DNA of 59,458 bases, filler included. It is 6 parts of 6 records of this genome, joined end to end, with 100 filler letters (N's around TTAATTAATTAA, not from the genome) between each part and the next. Parts side by side here need not be neighbours in the genome. Positions count along the whole stretch, not along the records: positions 1 to 25,641 come from SRR31156797_51724; 5 more parts are not named here. One strand, written 5' to 3'. The notes under the pieces are model-generated. The model was not told the origin of the DNA and searched no databases. It worked only from the letters and a program-made list of their open reading frames with translations. How positions within the stretch are numbered: the first letter of the stretch is position 1; every line of letters starts with the position of its first letter. Below are positions 10,937-20,487 of the stretch, piece by piece. The position numbers and the translations under genes were made by a program.

Positions 10937-11671
10937 TCAGATCGAAAAATTGAGTTTCTCTGTTTTGGTGCGTTCGTACACATCCTTACTAAAGATGTAT
11001 TTCTGCGCCGGTTTGTGTGCCACACCACGCTGTTTTTCGTCAAGCGGAATCACATATTTCATTTGCAGCACCTTCTTTCTGAAATTGCGCCTGTCGAATG
11101 TCGTACCCAAAATACATTCATACATGTCCTGCATTTCGCGCACCGTAAATTTTTCAGGTAACAGTTCAAAACCAATGGGCTCCAGCCTGACCTTTATGCG
11201 CAGACGCTCCAGTGCTTTTTCAATAATTTCAGGATGATCAAAACCCAGTTCCGGTAAATTATCCACCGGCCACCAATAGGCCTCCGGGTGCTTCTTGTCC
11301 GGTTTCACTTTTGTACTGTCAACCAAAGATAGATACCCGACCGTAATCACGTGATCGGCAATATCAATATCCACGTTTTCCTTCCAGCACTGATCTTTTT
11401 CACGGGAAAGCCGGTCGGTACTTCCAAAAGTATGAAACTGCTCCATGTAGATACCACTTAGTCCGGTTTTACTTTGTAGTGTTCGCTTGGCCGCCGAATC
11501 CAAATCTTCCCCTTCAAGCACATGATAGCCTGTAAGGGTGTAATCGTCAATCAGTAACTTTCCTGAATCAGGGCATGTAAGTTGCCTTTTGCTCAGCAGC
11601 ACATTCAGCTTTTCGCCATCAAAGCCAAAGATCACACAATCGACCGATAAATTTGGAATAGCTTTTCCCAT
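10937..11671 (-). CDS. NrtR/AraR-family transcriptional repressor (degenerate Nudix domain plus wHTH)
   Basis: SVDCVIFGF, degenerate Nudix box (GEDLDSAAKRTLQSKTGL), QFHTFG, LGFDH, FELLPEKFT, DRRNFRKK wHTH. Confidence 0.9.
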   Translation of the reverse strand: MGKAIPNLSVDCVIFGFDGEKLNVLLSKRQLTCPDSGKLLIDDYTLTGYHVLEGEDLDSAAKRTLQSKTGLSGIYMEQFHTFGSTDRLSREKDQCWKENVDIDIADHVITVGYLSLVDSTKVKPDKKHPEAYWWPVDNLPELGFDHPEIIEKALERLRIKVRLEPIGFELLPEKFTVREMQDMYECILGTTFDRRNFRKKVLQMKYVIPLDEKQRGVAHKPAQKYIFSKDVYERTKTEKLNFSI

Positions 11672-11679
11672 GTTTCTAT

Positions 11680-11696
11680 TGTGTATTTTTTACACA
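11680..11696. promoter_or_regulatory. Candidate NrtR/AraR operator 1 (autoregulatory)
   Basis: Perfect palindrome TGTGTA-TTTTT-TACACA with a GT-N7-AC core, between the minus-strand -7 element and the regulator start codon. Confidence 0.75.
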
Positions 11697-11699
11697 TTG

Positions 11700-11707
11700 C
11701 AAAAATA
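11700..11707 (-). promoter_or_regulatory. Bacteroidota sigma70 -7 element for the regulator/SSS/GH operon
   Basis: Minus strand TATTTTTG matches TAnnTTTG; TTTG candidates upstream at 11723-11733. Confidence 0.6.
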
Positions 11708-11849
11708 GATATTTTATTTTTTCAAAAATCAAATTTCTGTTATTTTTTTTATTGTTGACTATAATTTTCATAAACAGTTGTTTACACACATCATATTATA
11801 GTAGCTATGAAATGATCAATTTTCAGATTTAAATTTTTTTTAATTTTTA

Positions 11850-11879
11850 TTTGGTCATTTAAAAAAAAAATTACTTTTG
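11850..11879 (+). promoter_or_regulatory. Bacteroidota sigma70 promoter for susC/susD
   Basis: TTTG (11850-11853), 18-nt spacer, TACTTTTG (11872-11879). Confidence 0.65.
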
Positions 11880-11881
11880 TA

Positions 11882-11898
11882 AGCGTATTTATTACACT
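11882..11898. promoter_or_regulatory. Candidate NrtR/AraR operator 2 (susC promoter)
   Basis: AGCGTA-TTTAT-TACACT, same geometry as operator 1, immediately downstream of the -7 element. Confidence 0.7.
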
Positions 11899-12047
11899 TT
11901 CTTTTTAATAATGAATATCAAGCACTTCAGCAAACTGTAAATTTTAAATTGTAAATAATACATTTTTGATAGGAAGTTGATCATATCAGAAAACCAAATT
12001 GAGTTTATCAGGTATTAACAATTTACGTTTAATCAAATAACTAACAC

Positions 12048-15000
12048 ATGATGAAAAAGCTTTACACATTATTCAAAGCAAGAACCCAATGGCGAAAGCG
12101 TATGCTTTTATTGGGTTTCATTTTTCTGGGCACCCTCACGGGGATAAACGCCCAGACGGTTTACACCTATTCCGGGACCATAAAAGGTACGAACGGAGAA
12201 ACTATCCCCGGAGTAAATGTTTATGAGGAAGGGACCACCAATGGTACAACAAGTGACATTGATGGTGCTTTTGAACTAACCTCAGCCAATCCAACTACGG
12301 TCCTCACTTTTTCATTTGTCGGGTTTCTACCCAAACAGGTTGAAGCGAAAGCAGGTGAAAAACTTGATGTGGTACTCGAAGAAAATGTGGTTGCACTTCA
12401 GGAAGTGATGGTAATTGGTTATGGCACCAAAAAACGCAGTGAAGTTACCGGAGCCATCTCCAAAGTAGAGGCCAAGCAACTGCAAAGCCTACCGGCATCC
12501 AATGTTGATCAGGCCATTCAGGGCCGTGTTGCAGGTGTTAATGTACTGCCCAGTTCCGGTTCTCCCGGTGCTGCACTAAAAGTAAGAATTCGTGGTACCG
12601 GCACAAACGGTAATTCTGATCCACTCTACATCGTAGATGGAATGCGCACAGGTGATATTTCACGTATCGACCCGTCAGATATCGAATCTGTGGAAATTCT
12701 CAAAGATGCTGCCTCAGCAGCGATTTATGGTGCTGAAGCTGCCAATGGTGTTGTGATGATCACCACCAAAAGCGGCCAAGCCGGTAAAGGCAAAATCAAC
12801 TATAACTTCCAGTATGGTATCCAGACTCCCGGCAAACTCACCGAAGTGATGGACGCCAACCAGTGGACAACATGGATAAACGAAGCCAATGTAGGTGTTA
12901 CAGTTCCAGAAAATCCGGAATACAACACCAACTGGATGGAAGAAATCACCAGCACTGCTCCAATGCAAAAACATTACCTGTCATTCTCAGGAGGAAACGA
13001 CAAGTCAAAATACATGGTTTCTGGCTCATATTTCAACCAGGATGGTATTGTTGGCCAGGATAAATCAAATTACGAAAGGCTAACCCTACGTTTCAACTCA
13101 AGCCACAACATTAAACCCTGGCTGGAAGTGGGTAATAACGTAACTTATGCCAACACAAAACGAGAAGCTGTTGCTGAGGACGATGAATTTAGCGGACTCG
13201 TTGTTGACGCACTTGCAATGGATCCAACAACGCCGGTTACTTATCCAAATGGATATTTACCGGAATTTGGACAAGCTGCTCTTGACGATGGATACACACT
13301 CCTTCAAGATGGCAGCGGAAACTATTATGGCCTTTCAGAGTTTGTAACCGGTGAGGTGGCCAACCCTGTAGCCAAGCTCTCAATTCAAACCGGAGAAACA
13401 ACACAAAACAATCTCTTCGGTAACGTGTATGCTAAGATTAAACCGATCAAAGGTCTGACTTTTACTACACGCGGCGGTATTGATTACACCGAACAACTCT
13501 TCGAAGAATGGTACCCAACCTATTGGTTTTCCGGTGAAAGGAATAACACTACACCGAACACACGCGATAACACCAACTATTGGTACACCTGGGTTTGGGA
13601 AAACTTTGCCAACTACGAAATGGCCTTCGACAAGCACAACATCAACCTTTTGGCCGGTACCTCAGCACAATCATACACCAGCAGATACCTCAACACACTC
13701 TCCGGCCCAATGTTCCAGGAAAATGAAGACTTTGCACAGCACGGTCCTGTTGACGTTGACGGAACCGTTAGCGGCACAAAACAAATGGAAAATCTGAATT
13801 CTTATTTCGGACGCGCGTCGTACAACTATGACGGTAAATACATGTTGGATGTTGCTATTCGTGCGGATGGTTCATCACTCTTTGCTCAAAATAACAAGTG
13901 GGGTTATTTCCCATCTGTTGCTGCAGGCTGGATCATCAGTGAAGAAGATTTCTTCAATTCTGGTGTTGTTGACTTCTTAAAGCTTCGCGCAAGCTGGGGG
14001 CAAAATGGTAGCCTCTCTAACCTTGGTCCCGACCAATTCCGCTCCTTAATTACTACTGCCGGTATTAAATACCCAAAGCCAGGTGGTGGATTTTATACAG
14101 GTGCTGAACCTGAATTACTTGCTAACCCGGAATTGACATGGGAAACCTCCGAACAGATAGATATCGGTTTGGATATGCGCTTCTTTGAGGGCCGCTTAAC
14201 TTTTGCTGCCGACTATTACAACAAAAAAACCATGGACCTGCTCACTCCAGGATCACCTCCGCTTTCAGTAGGTAATAATGCACCTTTCGTTAATGCAGGT
14301 GACGTTACCAACAAAGGCTTTGAATTTGAACTGGGATGGCGCGGTGGCGAAGGTGACTTCCAATACAATGTCGGTGCTAACCTTACCACATTGAATAATG
14401 AAGTTACCTATCTGAACCCACTCCTCGAGCGTGTATCAGGTGCTGGTGTAGGTACAGGCTGGACGGCCACATATTTCGAAGAAGACCAACCCATCTGGTA
14501 CTTCCGTGGATACGAAACCGATGGTATTTTCCAAAACCAGGCACAGATCGATCAGTATGTTGCTGACAATGGCCTTACAGGTTATGCTCCTGTTCCCGGC
14601 GATCCAATCGTCGTAAACACAAACGGTGATGATGTAATTAATGAAGACGACCAGACCTACATCGGCGATCCACATCCTGATATGCTGTTTGGCGCTTACT
14701 TTAACTTCATCTATCGTCAGTGGGATTTAAATCTTTTCCTCCAGGGTACTGTTGGAAACGATATCCTGATGGCCTGGAACCGTACAGACCGTTCTACCTA
14801 TAACCGCCCTGCATTCTTCTTTGAAGATCGCTGGACAGGTGATGGATCAACCAACGACTGGTTCCGTGCAGACCCATCTAACCCTTATGCATACAACAGC
14901 GACCTGATGGTATTTGACGGTAGCTATATGCGCATCAAGCAAATCCAGTTGGGTTATACGTTGCCCAAAAAAGTGCTCAACACGATCAAAGTTGATAATC

Positions 15001-15158
15001 TGAGATTGTATGTTTCGCTCGATGATTATTTCACATTCACCAGCTACCCGGGTATGGATGTTGAAGCAGGTAGTAATGATGATAACAGCCAGGGTGTTGA
15101 CCGTGGAGTATATCCTGTGCCAAAGAAATTTATGATGGGCTTACAAATTTCGTTATAG
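12048..15158 (+). CDS. susC: SusC/RagA family TonB-dependent outer-membrane transporter
   Basis: Signal peptide, CarboxypepD-like N-domain, IGYGT, PLYIVDG, DIESVEILKDAASAAIYG..AANGVVMITTK plug motif, NPELTWE, C-terminal beta strand. Confidence 0.96.
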   Translation: MMKKLYTLFKARTQWRKRMLLLGFIFLGTLTGINAQTVYTYSGTIKGTNGETIPGVNVYEEGTTNGTTSDIDGAFELTSANPTTVLTFSFVGFLPKQVEAKAGEKLDVVLEENVVALQEVMVIGYGTKKRSEVTGAISKVEAKQLQSLPASNVDQAIQGRVAGVNVLPSSGSPGAALKVRIRGTGTNGNSDPLYIVDGMRTGDISRIDPSDIESVEILKDAASAAIYGAEAANGVVMITTKSGQAGKGKINYNFQYGIQTPGKLTEVMDANQWTTWINEANVGVTVPENPEYNTNWMEEITSTAPMQKHYLSFSGGNDKSKYMVSGSYFNQDGIVGQDKSNYERLTLRFNSSHNIKPWLEVGNNVTYANTKREAVAEDDEFSGLVVDALAMDPTTPVTYPNGYLPEFGQAALDDGYTLLQDGSGNYYGLSEFVTGEVANPVAKLSIQTGETTQNNLFGNVYAKIKPIKGLTFTTRGGIDYTEQLFEEWYPTYWFSGERNNTTPNTRDNTNYWYTWVWENFANYEMAFDKHNINLLAGTSAQSYTSRYLNTLSGPMFQENEDFAQHGPVDVDGTVSGTKQMENLNSYFGRASYNYDGKYMLDVAIRADGSSLFAQNNKWGYFPSVAAGWIISEEDFFNSGVVDFLKLRASWGQNGSLSNLGPDQFRSLITTAGIKYPKPGGGFYTGAEPELLANPELTWETSEQIDIGLDMRFFEGRLTFAADYYNKKTMDLLTPGSPPLSVGNNAPFVNAGDVTNKGFEFELGWRGGEGDFQYNVGANLTTLNNEVTYLNPLLERVSGAGVGTGWTATYFEEDQPIWYFRGYETDGIFQNQAQIDQYVADNGLTGYAPVPGDPIVVNTNGDDVINEDDQTYIGDPHPDMLFGAYFNFIYRQWDLNLFLQGTVGNDILMAWNRTDRSTYNRPAFFFEDRWTGDGSTNDWFRADPSNPYAYNSDLMVFDGSYMRIKQIQLGYTLPKKVLNTIKVDNLRLYVSLDDYFTFTSYPGMDVEAGSNDDNSQGVDRGVYPVPKKFMMGLQISL

Positions 15159-15195
15159 CAAATAATCAAAGTTTAAAACTTATAAAATTACAGAT

Positions 15196-16719
15196 ATGAA
15201 TTTCAAACAATTATTTAAGATATGCAGCGCACTCGTGATTATCTTTTCCCTGAGTGCCTGCCAAAAAGACTTCCTGGAAACCGATCCCATGGGAAAAGCT
15301 GCAGTGAGTACTTTTTATAAAACCGACGAAGATGCAACCATGGCCGTTATGGCAACCTACGACATCCTGCAATGGATGTATGCACGCGACTGGAACAGCG
15401 CTTACCTCGTAAAAACATTTCCATCTGATGAATCCATTACAGGTGGTGGTGACGCAGGTGACCAGCCTCCTTACCAGGAACTGGATATTTTTACCTATTC
15501 CGCCGGTAATGTACCAATCCGCTCGGTTTACGAATCCAATTTCTACGGTGTGTATCGCGCCAACCTTGTAATCAACAATGTTATTCCTGAAACCGCTTAC
15601 CGCGAGCAGGTTATTGCTGAGGCCAAATTCCTTCGCGCTTATTTCTATTTCGAATTGGTTTCGATGTTTGGAAGTGTTCCTTTAACACTGGTAGAACTTG
15701 CCCCAAGTGAATATCAACAGCCACCGGCAACTGTTGGTGAAATTTGGGCACAGATAGAATCTGACCTTCAGGATGCCATTGCAGGCCTTCCCGCAAAAAG
15801 CCAGTATGGCGCCGACGACATCATGCGTGCTTCAAAGGGAGCAGCTCAATCATTGCTCGGAAAAGCATACCTGTACCAGGAGAAATGGGCTGATGCCGCA
15901 ACAGTTTTTGATGAGGTAATTGCCTCAGGCGAATACCAGCTTAGTGATGACTACAGTACTTTGTTCCTTGTTGATCAGGAACTGGGTTTGGAATCCATTT
16001 TTGAAGTGATGTATGTTACTACCGAAGGATACGACTGGGGAACATTCCAGTGGGGCGGCAACCGTGCCATGGAAAACAACATCCATTGGCAGCTTTGTGG
16101 CCCACGTGGTGACTATTTCACTTCTGACACAGTGCTAAACCTTATTGGCGGCTGGGGATTTAACTATCCTGAAATGGAGCTTTATGAAGCATTTGTTAAT
16201 GCCGGTGATGAACTTCGTCGTAATTCAACAGTTTGGAGCACAACAGAGCTGGAAGCCAATGGCGGCGGCTGGTCAAATCCCGATGCATGGGGCTGGGATG
16301 GCTGCATCCGCGTAAAATACGGAACCCGTATGAGTGAAACCAGTGGCGATGATGGTGCCGTTCCTGAATTGAATTACGGAACAAACCTCCGCTTGCTGCG
16401 CTATGCCGATGTATTGTTGATGGCTGCCGAAGCAAAACTGAATGCCGGTGATGCTGCAGGTGCACTCACAGAAATCAATAAAGTAAGGGAACGTGCTCAA
16501 CTGGATCTGCTCAACTCTGTTTCCATGGAAGATATCATACTGGAACGTCAGCTTGAGCTGGCCTTTGAAGGTGTACGTTTCCTCGACCTGATCCGCTGGG
16601 GAAAAGCAGCCGAAGTGCTTGGTGCACAAGGGTATGTTGAAGGCAAACACAACCTGTTCCCAATTCCGCAGGATGAGTTGACCAACAACCAGTATATGGT
16701 TCAAAATCCCGGATACTAG
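15196..16719 (+). CDS. susD: SusD/RagB family glycan-binding lipoprotein
   Basis: Lipobox LSAC, EAKFLRAYFYF, RYADVLLMAAEA, ERQLELAFEG.RFLDL.RWG, terminal QNPGY. Confidence 0.96.
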   Translation: MNFKQLFKICSALVIIFSLSACQKDFLETDPMGKAAVSTFYKTDEDATMAVMATYDILQWMYARDWNSAYLVKTFPSDESITGGGDAGDQPPYQELDIFTYSAGNVPIRSVYESNFYGVYRANLVINNVIPETAYREQVIAEAKFLRAYFYFELVSMFGSVPLTLVELAPSEYQQPPATVGEIWAQIESDLQDAIAGLPAKSQYGADDIMRASKGAAQSLLGKAYLYQEKWADAATVFDEVIASGEYQLSDDYSTLFLVDQELGLESIFEVMYVTTEGYDWGTFQWGGNRAMENNIHWQLCGPRGDYFTSDTVLNLIGGWGFNYPEMELYEAFVNAGDELRRNSTVWSTTELEANGGGWSNPDAWGWDGCIRVKYGTRMSETSGDDGAVPELNYGTNLRLLRYADVLLMAAEAKLNAGDAAGALTEINKVRERAQLDLLNSVSMEDIILERQLELAFEGVRFLDLIRWGKAAEVLGAQGYVEGKHNLFPIPQDELTNNQYMVQNPGY

Positions 16720-16794
16720 AACTTGTTAGTTATATATAAAGAACACTACATCTTATGTTGTAGTTTTTAGTTCTCATCATTGAAGTTTTGGATT

Positions 16795-16830
16795 TCGGGC
16801 TGTCGTTAATTCGGCAGCCCGATTTTTATT
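16795..16830 (+). terminator. Intrinsic terminator after susD
   Basis: TCGGGCTGTCG-TTAATT-CGGCAGCCCGA followed by TTTTTATT. Confidence 0.7.
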
Positions 16831-16912
16831 GTTAAAAACATATTAACCAAAAGCAAATATATTATTACTTTTGAAGATGAATTAACCATTTAGATCAACA
16901 AATTTAATCGCT

Positions 16913-17788
16913 ATGAAAAAAAGTTTATTGTTCTCTTTTTTAGGATTTTTATTTGCATTTGCCACCCAGGCCCAGGAAACCGCTTACAACAATTTTGGCG
17001 CCGATCACAACGGCTGGAATTATACCCACACGTCAGGATGGACCATTGCAGGCGAAAATGTTTCATCTCAATATGGTGTTGAGCAGGCCATGGGTTTCGA
17101 AGCCGCTGCCAGTGGTTTTGTAACCGATATCTGGGTAGCCATTTCATACGTACCGCTTAGTGCTCCGGCAGATACCGTAATAATCCGCCTGGTTGAAAAT
17201 CCGGACGGACTACCACCTGATACCACTCATGTTATGGAGGAATGGGTATTATCAGATTTTGAAAACTGGAACCAGTGGAACGAACCCATCCATCTTACCG
17301 GTCATTTCACCTCCTTCATCGAATCCGGAAAATCATACTGGTTATGGGCCATTGCAGCCGAAACGACCTGGACCATGTGGTGCTTCAACGAGGATCCATC
17401 ACTAACCTGTCCTCACACCATACGCAGGGAAGATGAAGAATGGCTCTCCATTTCCAATGAAACTGCAAGCGCTTTCAGGGTTGATGTTGGCTCAGGTGTT
17501 GGCATGGCAGATATTGAAAAAATGTCAGGCATACTTCACCAGAATTATCCAAACCCATTTTCATCAGAGACCAATATTAAATTCTCGATCACAGAACAAT
17601 CAAATGTTACGCTTAAGATTTACGATATTTTTGGTAGTGAGGTTTGTACCCTTTTTGATGGATTCGGCCAGGCAGGAGAAAATAACCTGACTTATGATGC
17701 CCGGAATATTCCGTCCGGAATCTACTTCTGCAGGTTAACTTCAGGAGGGCATGAGATAAGTACCATTAAAATGAACATCATGCACTGA
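16913..17788 (+). CDS. Secreted protein with C-terminal T9SS (Por) sorting domain; N-domain resembles choice-of-anchor R type
   Basis: Signal peptide; C-terminal QNYPNPF...LKIYDIFG...SGIYFCRL; TACTTTTG -7 element at 16866-16873. The N-domain assignment is from memory only. Confidence 0.75.
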   Translation: MKKSLLFSFLGFLFAFATQAQETAYNNFGADHNGWNYTHTSGWTIAGENVSSQYGVEQAMGFEAAASGFVTDIWVAISYVPLSAPADTVIIRLVENPDGLPPDTTHVMEEWVLSDFENWNQWNEPIHLTGHFTSFIESGKSYWLWAIAAETTWTMWCFNEDPSLTCPHTIRREDEEWLSISNETASAFRVDVGSGVGMADIEKMSGILHQNYPNPFSSETNIKFSITEQSNVTLKIYDIFGSEVCTLFDGFGQAGENNLTYDARNIPSGIYFCRLTSGGHEISTIKMNIMH

Positions 17789-17954
17789 TGCCTGTCAGGT
17801 ATTTGAACTAAACTTTCAATCAAATTTCTATACTGGTCAGGGCATGATTTTTTGCATGAGCTACACCTGGTGCTTTTATAAAGCGCCCAGCCTGAAAATA
17901 ACGCTTGCAAAACCGTGTAAAATCCCAATCTTTGCAGGACTTTAGTTTGGGAAA

Positions 17955-18842
17955 ATGAAAACGAAATCACTGCAATCCGATTTACTGCTGCTGCTAACGG
18001 CGATCATCTGGGGGTTTGCCTTTGTGGCACAGCGCGCCGGTATGGAGCATGTTGGGCCATTTACTTTTAACGGGGTCCGCTTTGCACTGGGCAGCCTTTC
18101 GCTCCTGCCCCTGCTCTATTTCAGGAAACGCACCTATGGCAATCCAACCATTATTAAAATGTGGACCAGGGAAACCCTGTTGGCCGGTTTGTTTGCCGGG
18201 CCCGCTTTGTTTATCGCTGCCACTTTTCAACAGGTTGGGATTGTTTATACAACCGCCGGAAAAGCCGGGTTTATCACAGGTTTGTATGTAATTTTTGTCC
18301 CCATCTTCGGAATATTTATTCGGCAAAGTACCCGTATAAATGTCTGGATCGGTGCAGTGGTTGCAGCAACCGGATTATATTTCCTCAGTGTGAACGAACA
18401 ATTCAGGATAGAACTGGGCGATACACTTGTATTGGTAAGTGCATTCTTTTTTGCCATTCATATCCTGGTGATCGGAAAGTTTTCCAGCAGGGTAGAAGCC
18501 GTCCGGTTATCGATCATCCAGTTTACAGCCTGCTCAATTTTCAGCCTTGTCACAGCCGGGTTTACAGAAGAAATTATTCTTTCCGGTATTCTGGATGCTG
18601 CTATTCCGATTTTATATGGCGGGATTTTTTCAGTGGGGATTGCTTATACCCTGCAGGTTGTGGGACAGAAAAACGCACACCCGTCAGCTGCTTCCATCAT
18701 TCTGAGCCTGGAATCCTTGTTTGCCGTGGTTGGCGGCTGGCTGCTACTCAGCGAGCAAATGACGGCCCGTGGCCTGTTTGGCTGTGGATTGATGCTTGGC
18801 GGGATGATTCTGGCGCAGGTCAGGATTAAATATTTGTCGTAG
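17955..18842 (+). CDS. EamA/DMT family transporter
   Basis: IIWGFAFVAQ, two EamA repeats, about 10 TM helices. Confidence 0.9.
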   Translation: MKTKSLQSDLLLLLTAIIWGFAFVAQRAGMEHVGPFTFNGVRFALGSLSLLPLLYFRKRTYGNPTIIKMWTRETLLAGLFAGPALFIAATFQQVGIVYTTAGKAGFITGLYVIFVPIFGIFIRQSTRINVWIGAVVAATGLYFLSVNEQFRIELGDTLVLVSAFFFAIHILVIGKFSSRVEAVRLSIIQFTACSIFSLVTAGFTEEIILSGILDAAIPILYGGIFSVGIAYTLQVVGQKNAHPSAASIILSLESLFAVVGGWLLLSEQMTARGLFGCGLMLGGMILAQVRIKYLS

Positions 18843-18938
18843 CAAATGCTGAGTGGAACATCCAAAAGTTATTAATGATTGCCAATCGTTAGGAAACCAC
18901 ATTCAGTCGAAGACTTTTCTAAATAAAATGGGAGGCGT

Positions 18939-19538
18939 TCATAAGATGATATTACCGACCGAAATTGCACGCGATTCATCAAAATCCAACATGGCATTTA
19001 CCGGCATGAATTTTTGAAACCGGGGGAGATCATACGGGGAAATATCTTTGGCCTCTATCCTGCCCTCGTCCAAAAGCTGCTGCCGTTTTGTTCCTTTTAA
19101 CAGCGGTATTTTTGGGGTGATCCATTTTTCTCCATCATAAAAAAGGATGTTACAATATGAGCTGTCGGTAACCAGGCCGTCTTTTATCAAAAGCACGTCA
19201 TCACAGCTTTCCCGCTTATCAAAATAATGATTGATAACTTTTCTATCGGTAAACTTCAATGAATAATCAAGATCGTCGGCTTCGATGAGTTTTAAGGTTT
19301 GGGTTGATTTTGGGGTGTATGTTAAAAATTCAACTTCCCTGATTTGGGCATCATATTCCACACGGCATTTATACAGGCCTTCTCCAAGGCTTTGTGGCAT
19401 CTTTATTTCATTTTCCAGCTCAAACCCGACCTTCCTGCCAAAGCAAGCCTTTATAGACCGGTTCACCCGTGCCTGGTGATAGTGCAGGTTAAAAAACCTT
19501 CGATGTTCAACTTTTATGCTTTCAAGCAAGCGGCACAT
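18939..19538 (-). CDS. pabC: Aminotransferase class IV / 4-amino-4-deoxychorismate lyase
   Basis: YHQARVNRS, DYSLK (PLP Lys), VTDSSYCN, LLKGTKR; overlaps the 3' end of pabB. Confidence 0.8.
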   Translation of the reverse strand: MCRLLESIKVEHRRFFNLHYHQARVNRSIKACFGRKVGFELENEIKMPQSLGEGLYKCRVEYDAQIREVEFLTYTPKSTQTLKLIEADDLDYSLKFTDRKVINHYFDKRESCDDVLLIKDGLVTDSSYCNILFYDGEKWITPKIPLLKGTKRQQLLDEGRIEAKDISPYDLPRFQKFMPVNAMLDFDESRAISVGNIIL

Positions 19539-20487
19539 AGATTTTTTGGATTAGTTCGTCATACTCCTTTTCCGGGTCACTCATCGATGTAATTCCTCCC
19601 CCACTCTTAAAATACAACAGGCCATTTTCCTTCTCAATAAACCGGATCATTACTGCACTATCCAGATTTTCACCATCGAAATACCCGAAAGTACCTGTAT
19701 AAAAACCACGCTGATAATTCTCGGTTTCCCGGATTATTTCAACAGTTTTCCGTTTGGGAGCACCTGAAATACTGCCGGCCGGCAATAACGTAAGGATTAT
19801 CTCACCCAATTTTTTCCGATAATTTTCGGGCAGCCTGCCCGATATTTCCGAACTCATTTGCAGCAATGCTCCTTTGTGCGTCTTTAATTTGTCGATGTAC
19901 TTAAACCTTTCCACACGAATATCTTCGGCAACCATGGCCAGGTCGTTCCGCACCAAATCCACAATGGTGTTGTGTTCGGCGGATTCTTTAGGATCGTTCA
20001 GCAGGATTTGTTCGGCATTATGAGTTGTTGCATCCAACGTACCTTTCATGGGGCAGGATGAAATAATTCCATCGCGGATTTGCACAAAAGTTTCAGGTGA
20101 AAAAACCACAAACTGATCTTTATAGCAGAGCTTGTATTTCGCAATGCTCTGCTGATAAATATCACGGAGAGAAAAATTTGTTTCTATCCTGCTCCTGAAA
20201 GTCAGGTTCAATAAATATGAATTGCCGTGGTTGATCTCTTTTTTGATATGATGAAATGCCGCCTGGTATTTTTCACATTTTGGCGGATACGCCTCCATCA
20301 AAAAATTTGGGGATACCGATTCATGTTCAGTATCGATGGCCATACCCGGAAGGGAAAAGAAAATATCCGGCGGGAACTCCTCCATCCCAAAAACCTGCGG
20401 ATTCTGTTTATCAAAATCAACAATAAAAAAGAAAGGCTGCCCTTTTATGGCGAAAGCATTTACCTTTGAGGTGAAATTTGTTGACAT
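19522..20487 (-). CDS. pabB: Aminodeoxychorismate synthase component I (short Bacteroidota form)
   Basis: FSPETF, PMKGT, AEHNTIVDLVRNDL, PAGSISGAPK, RGFYTG, DSAVMIR, GGGIT. Confidence 0.88.
   Translation of the reverse strand: MSTNFTSKVNAFAIKGQPFFFIVDFDKQNPQVFGMEEFPPDIFFSLPGMAIDTEHESVSPNFLMEAYPPKCEKYQAAFHHIKKEINHGNSYLLNLTFRSRIETNFSLRDIYQQSIAKYKLCYKDQFVVFSPETFVQIRDGIISSCPMKGTLDATTHNAEQILLNDPKESAEHNTIVDLVRNDLAMVAEDIRVERFKYIDKLKTHKGALLQMSSEISGRLPENYRKKLGEIILTLLPAGSISGAPKRKTVEIIRETENYQRGFYTGTFGYFDGENLDSAVMIRFIEKENGLLYFKSGGGITSMSDPEKEYDELIQKIYVPLA

Noticed and set aside
11771-11784. TAAACAGTTGTTTA palindrome as a third operator
   Set aside because: It does not match the GTGTA-N5-TACAC geometry and is plausible by chance in very AT-rich DNA.
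20336-20485. 50-aa N-terminal extension on pabA
   Set aside because: It overlaps pabB antisense; the family N-terminus begins at MVNPRILILDNYDS (20486).
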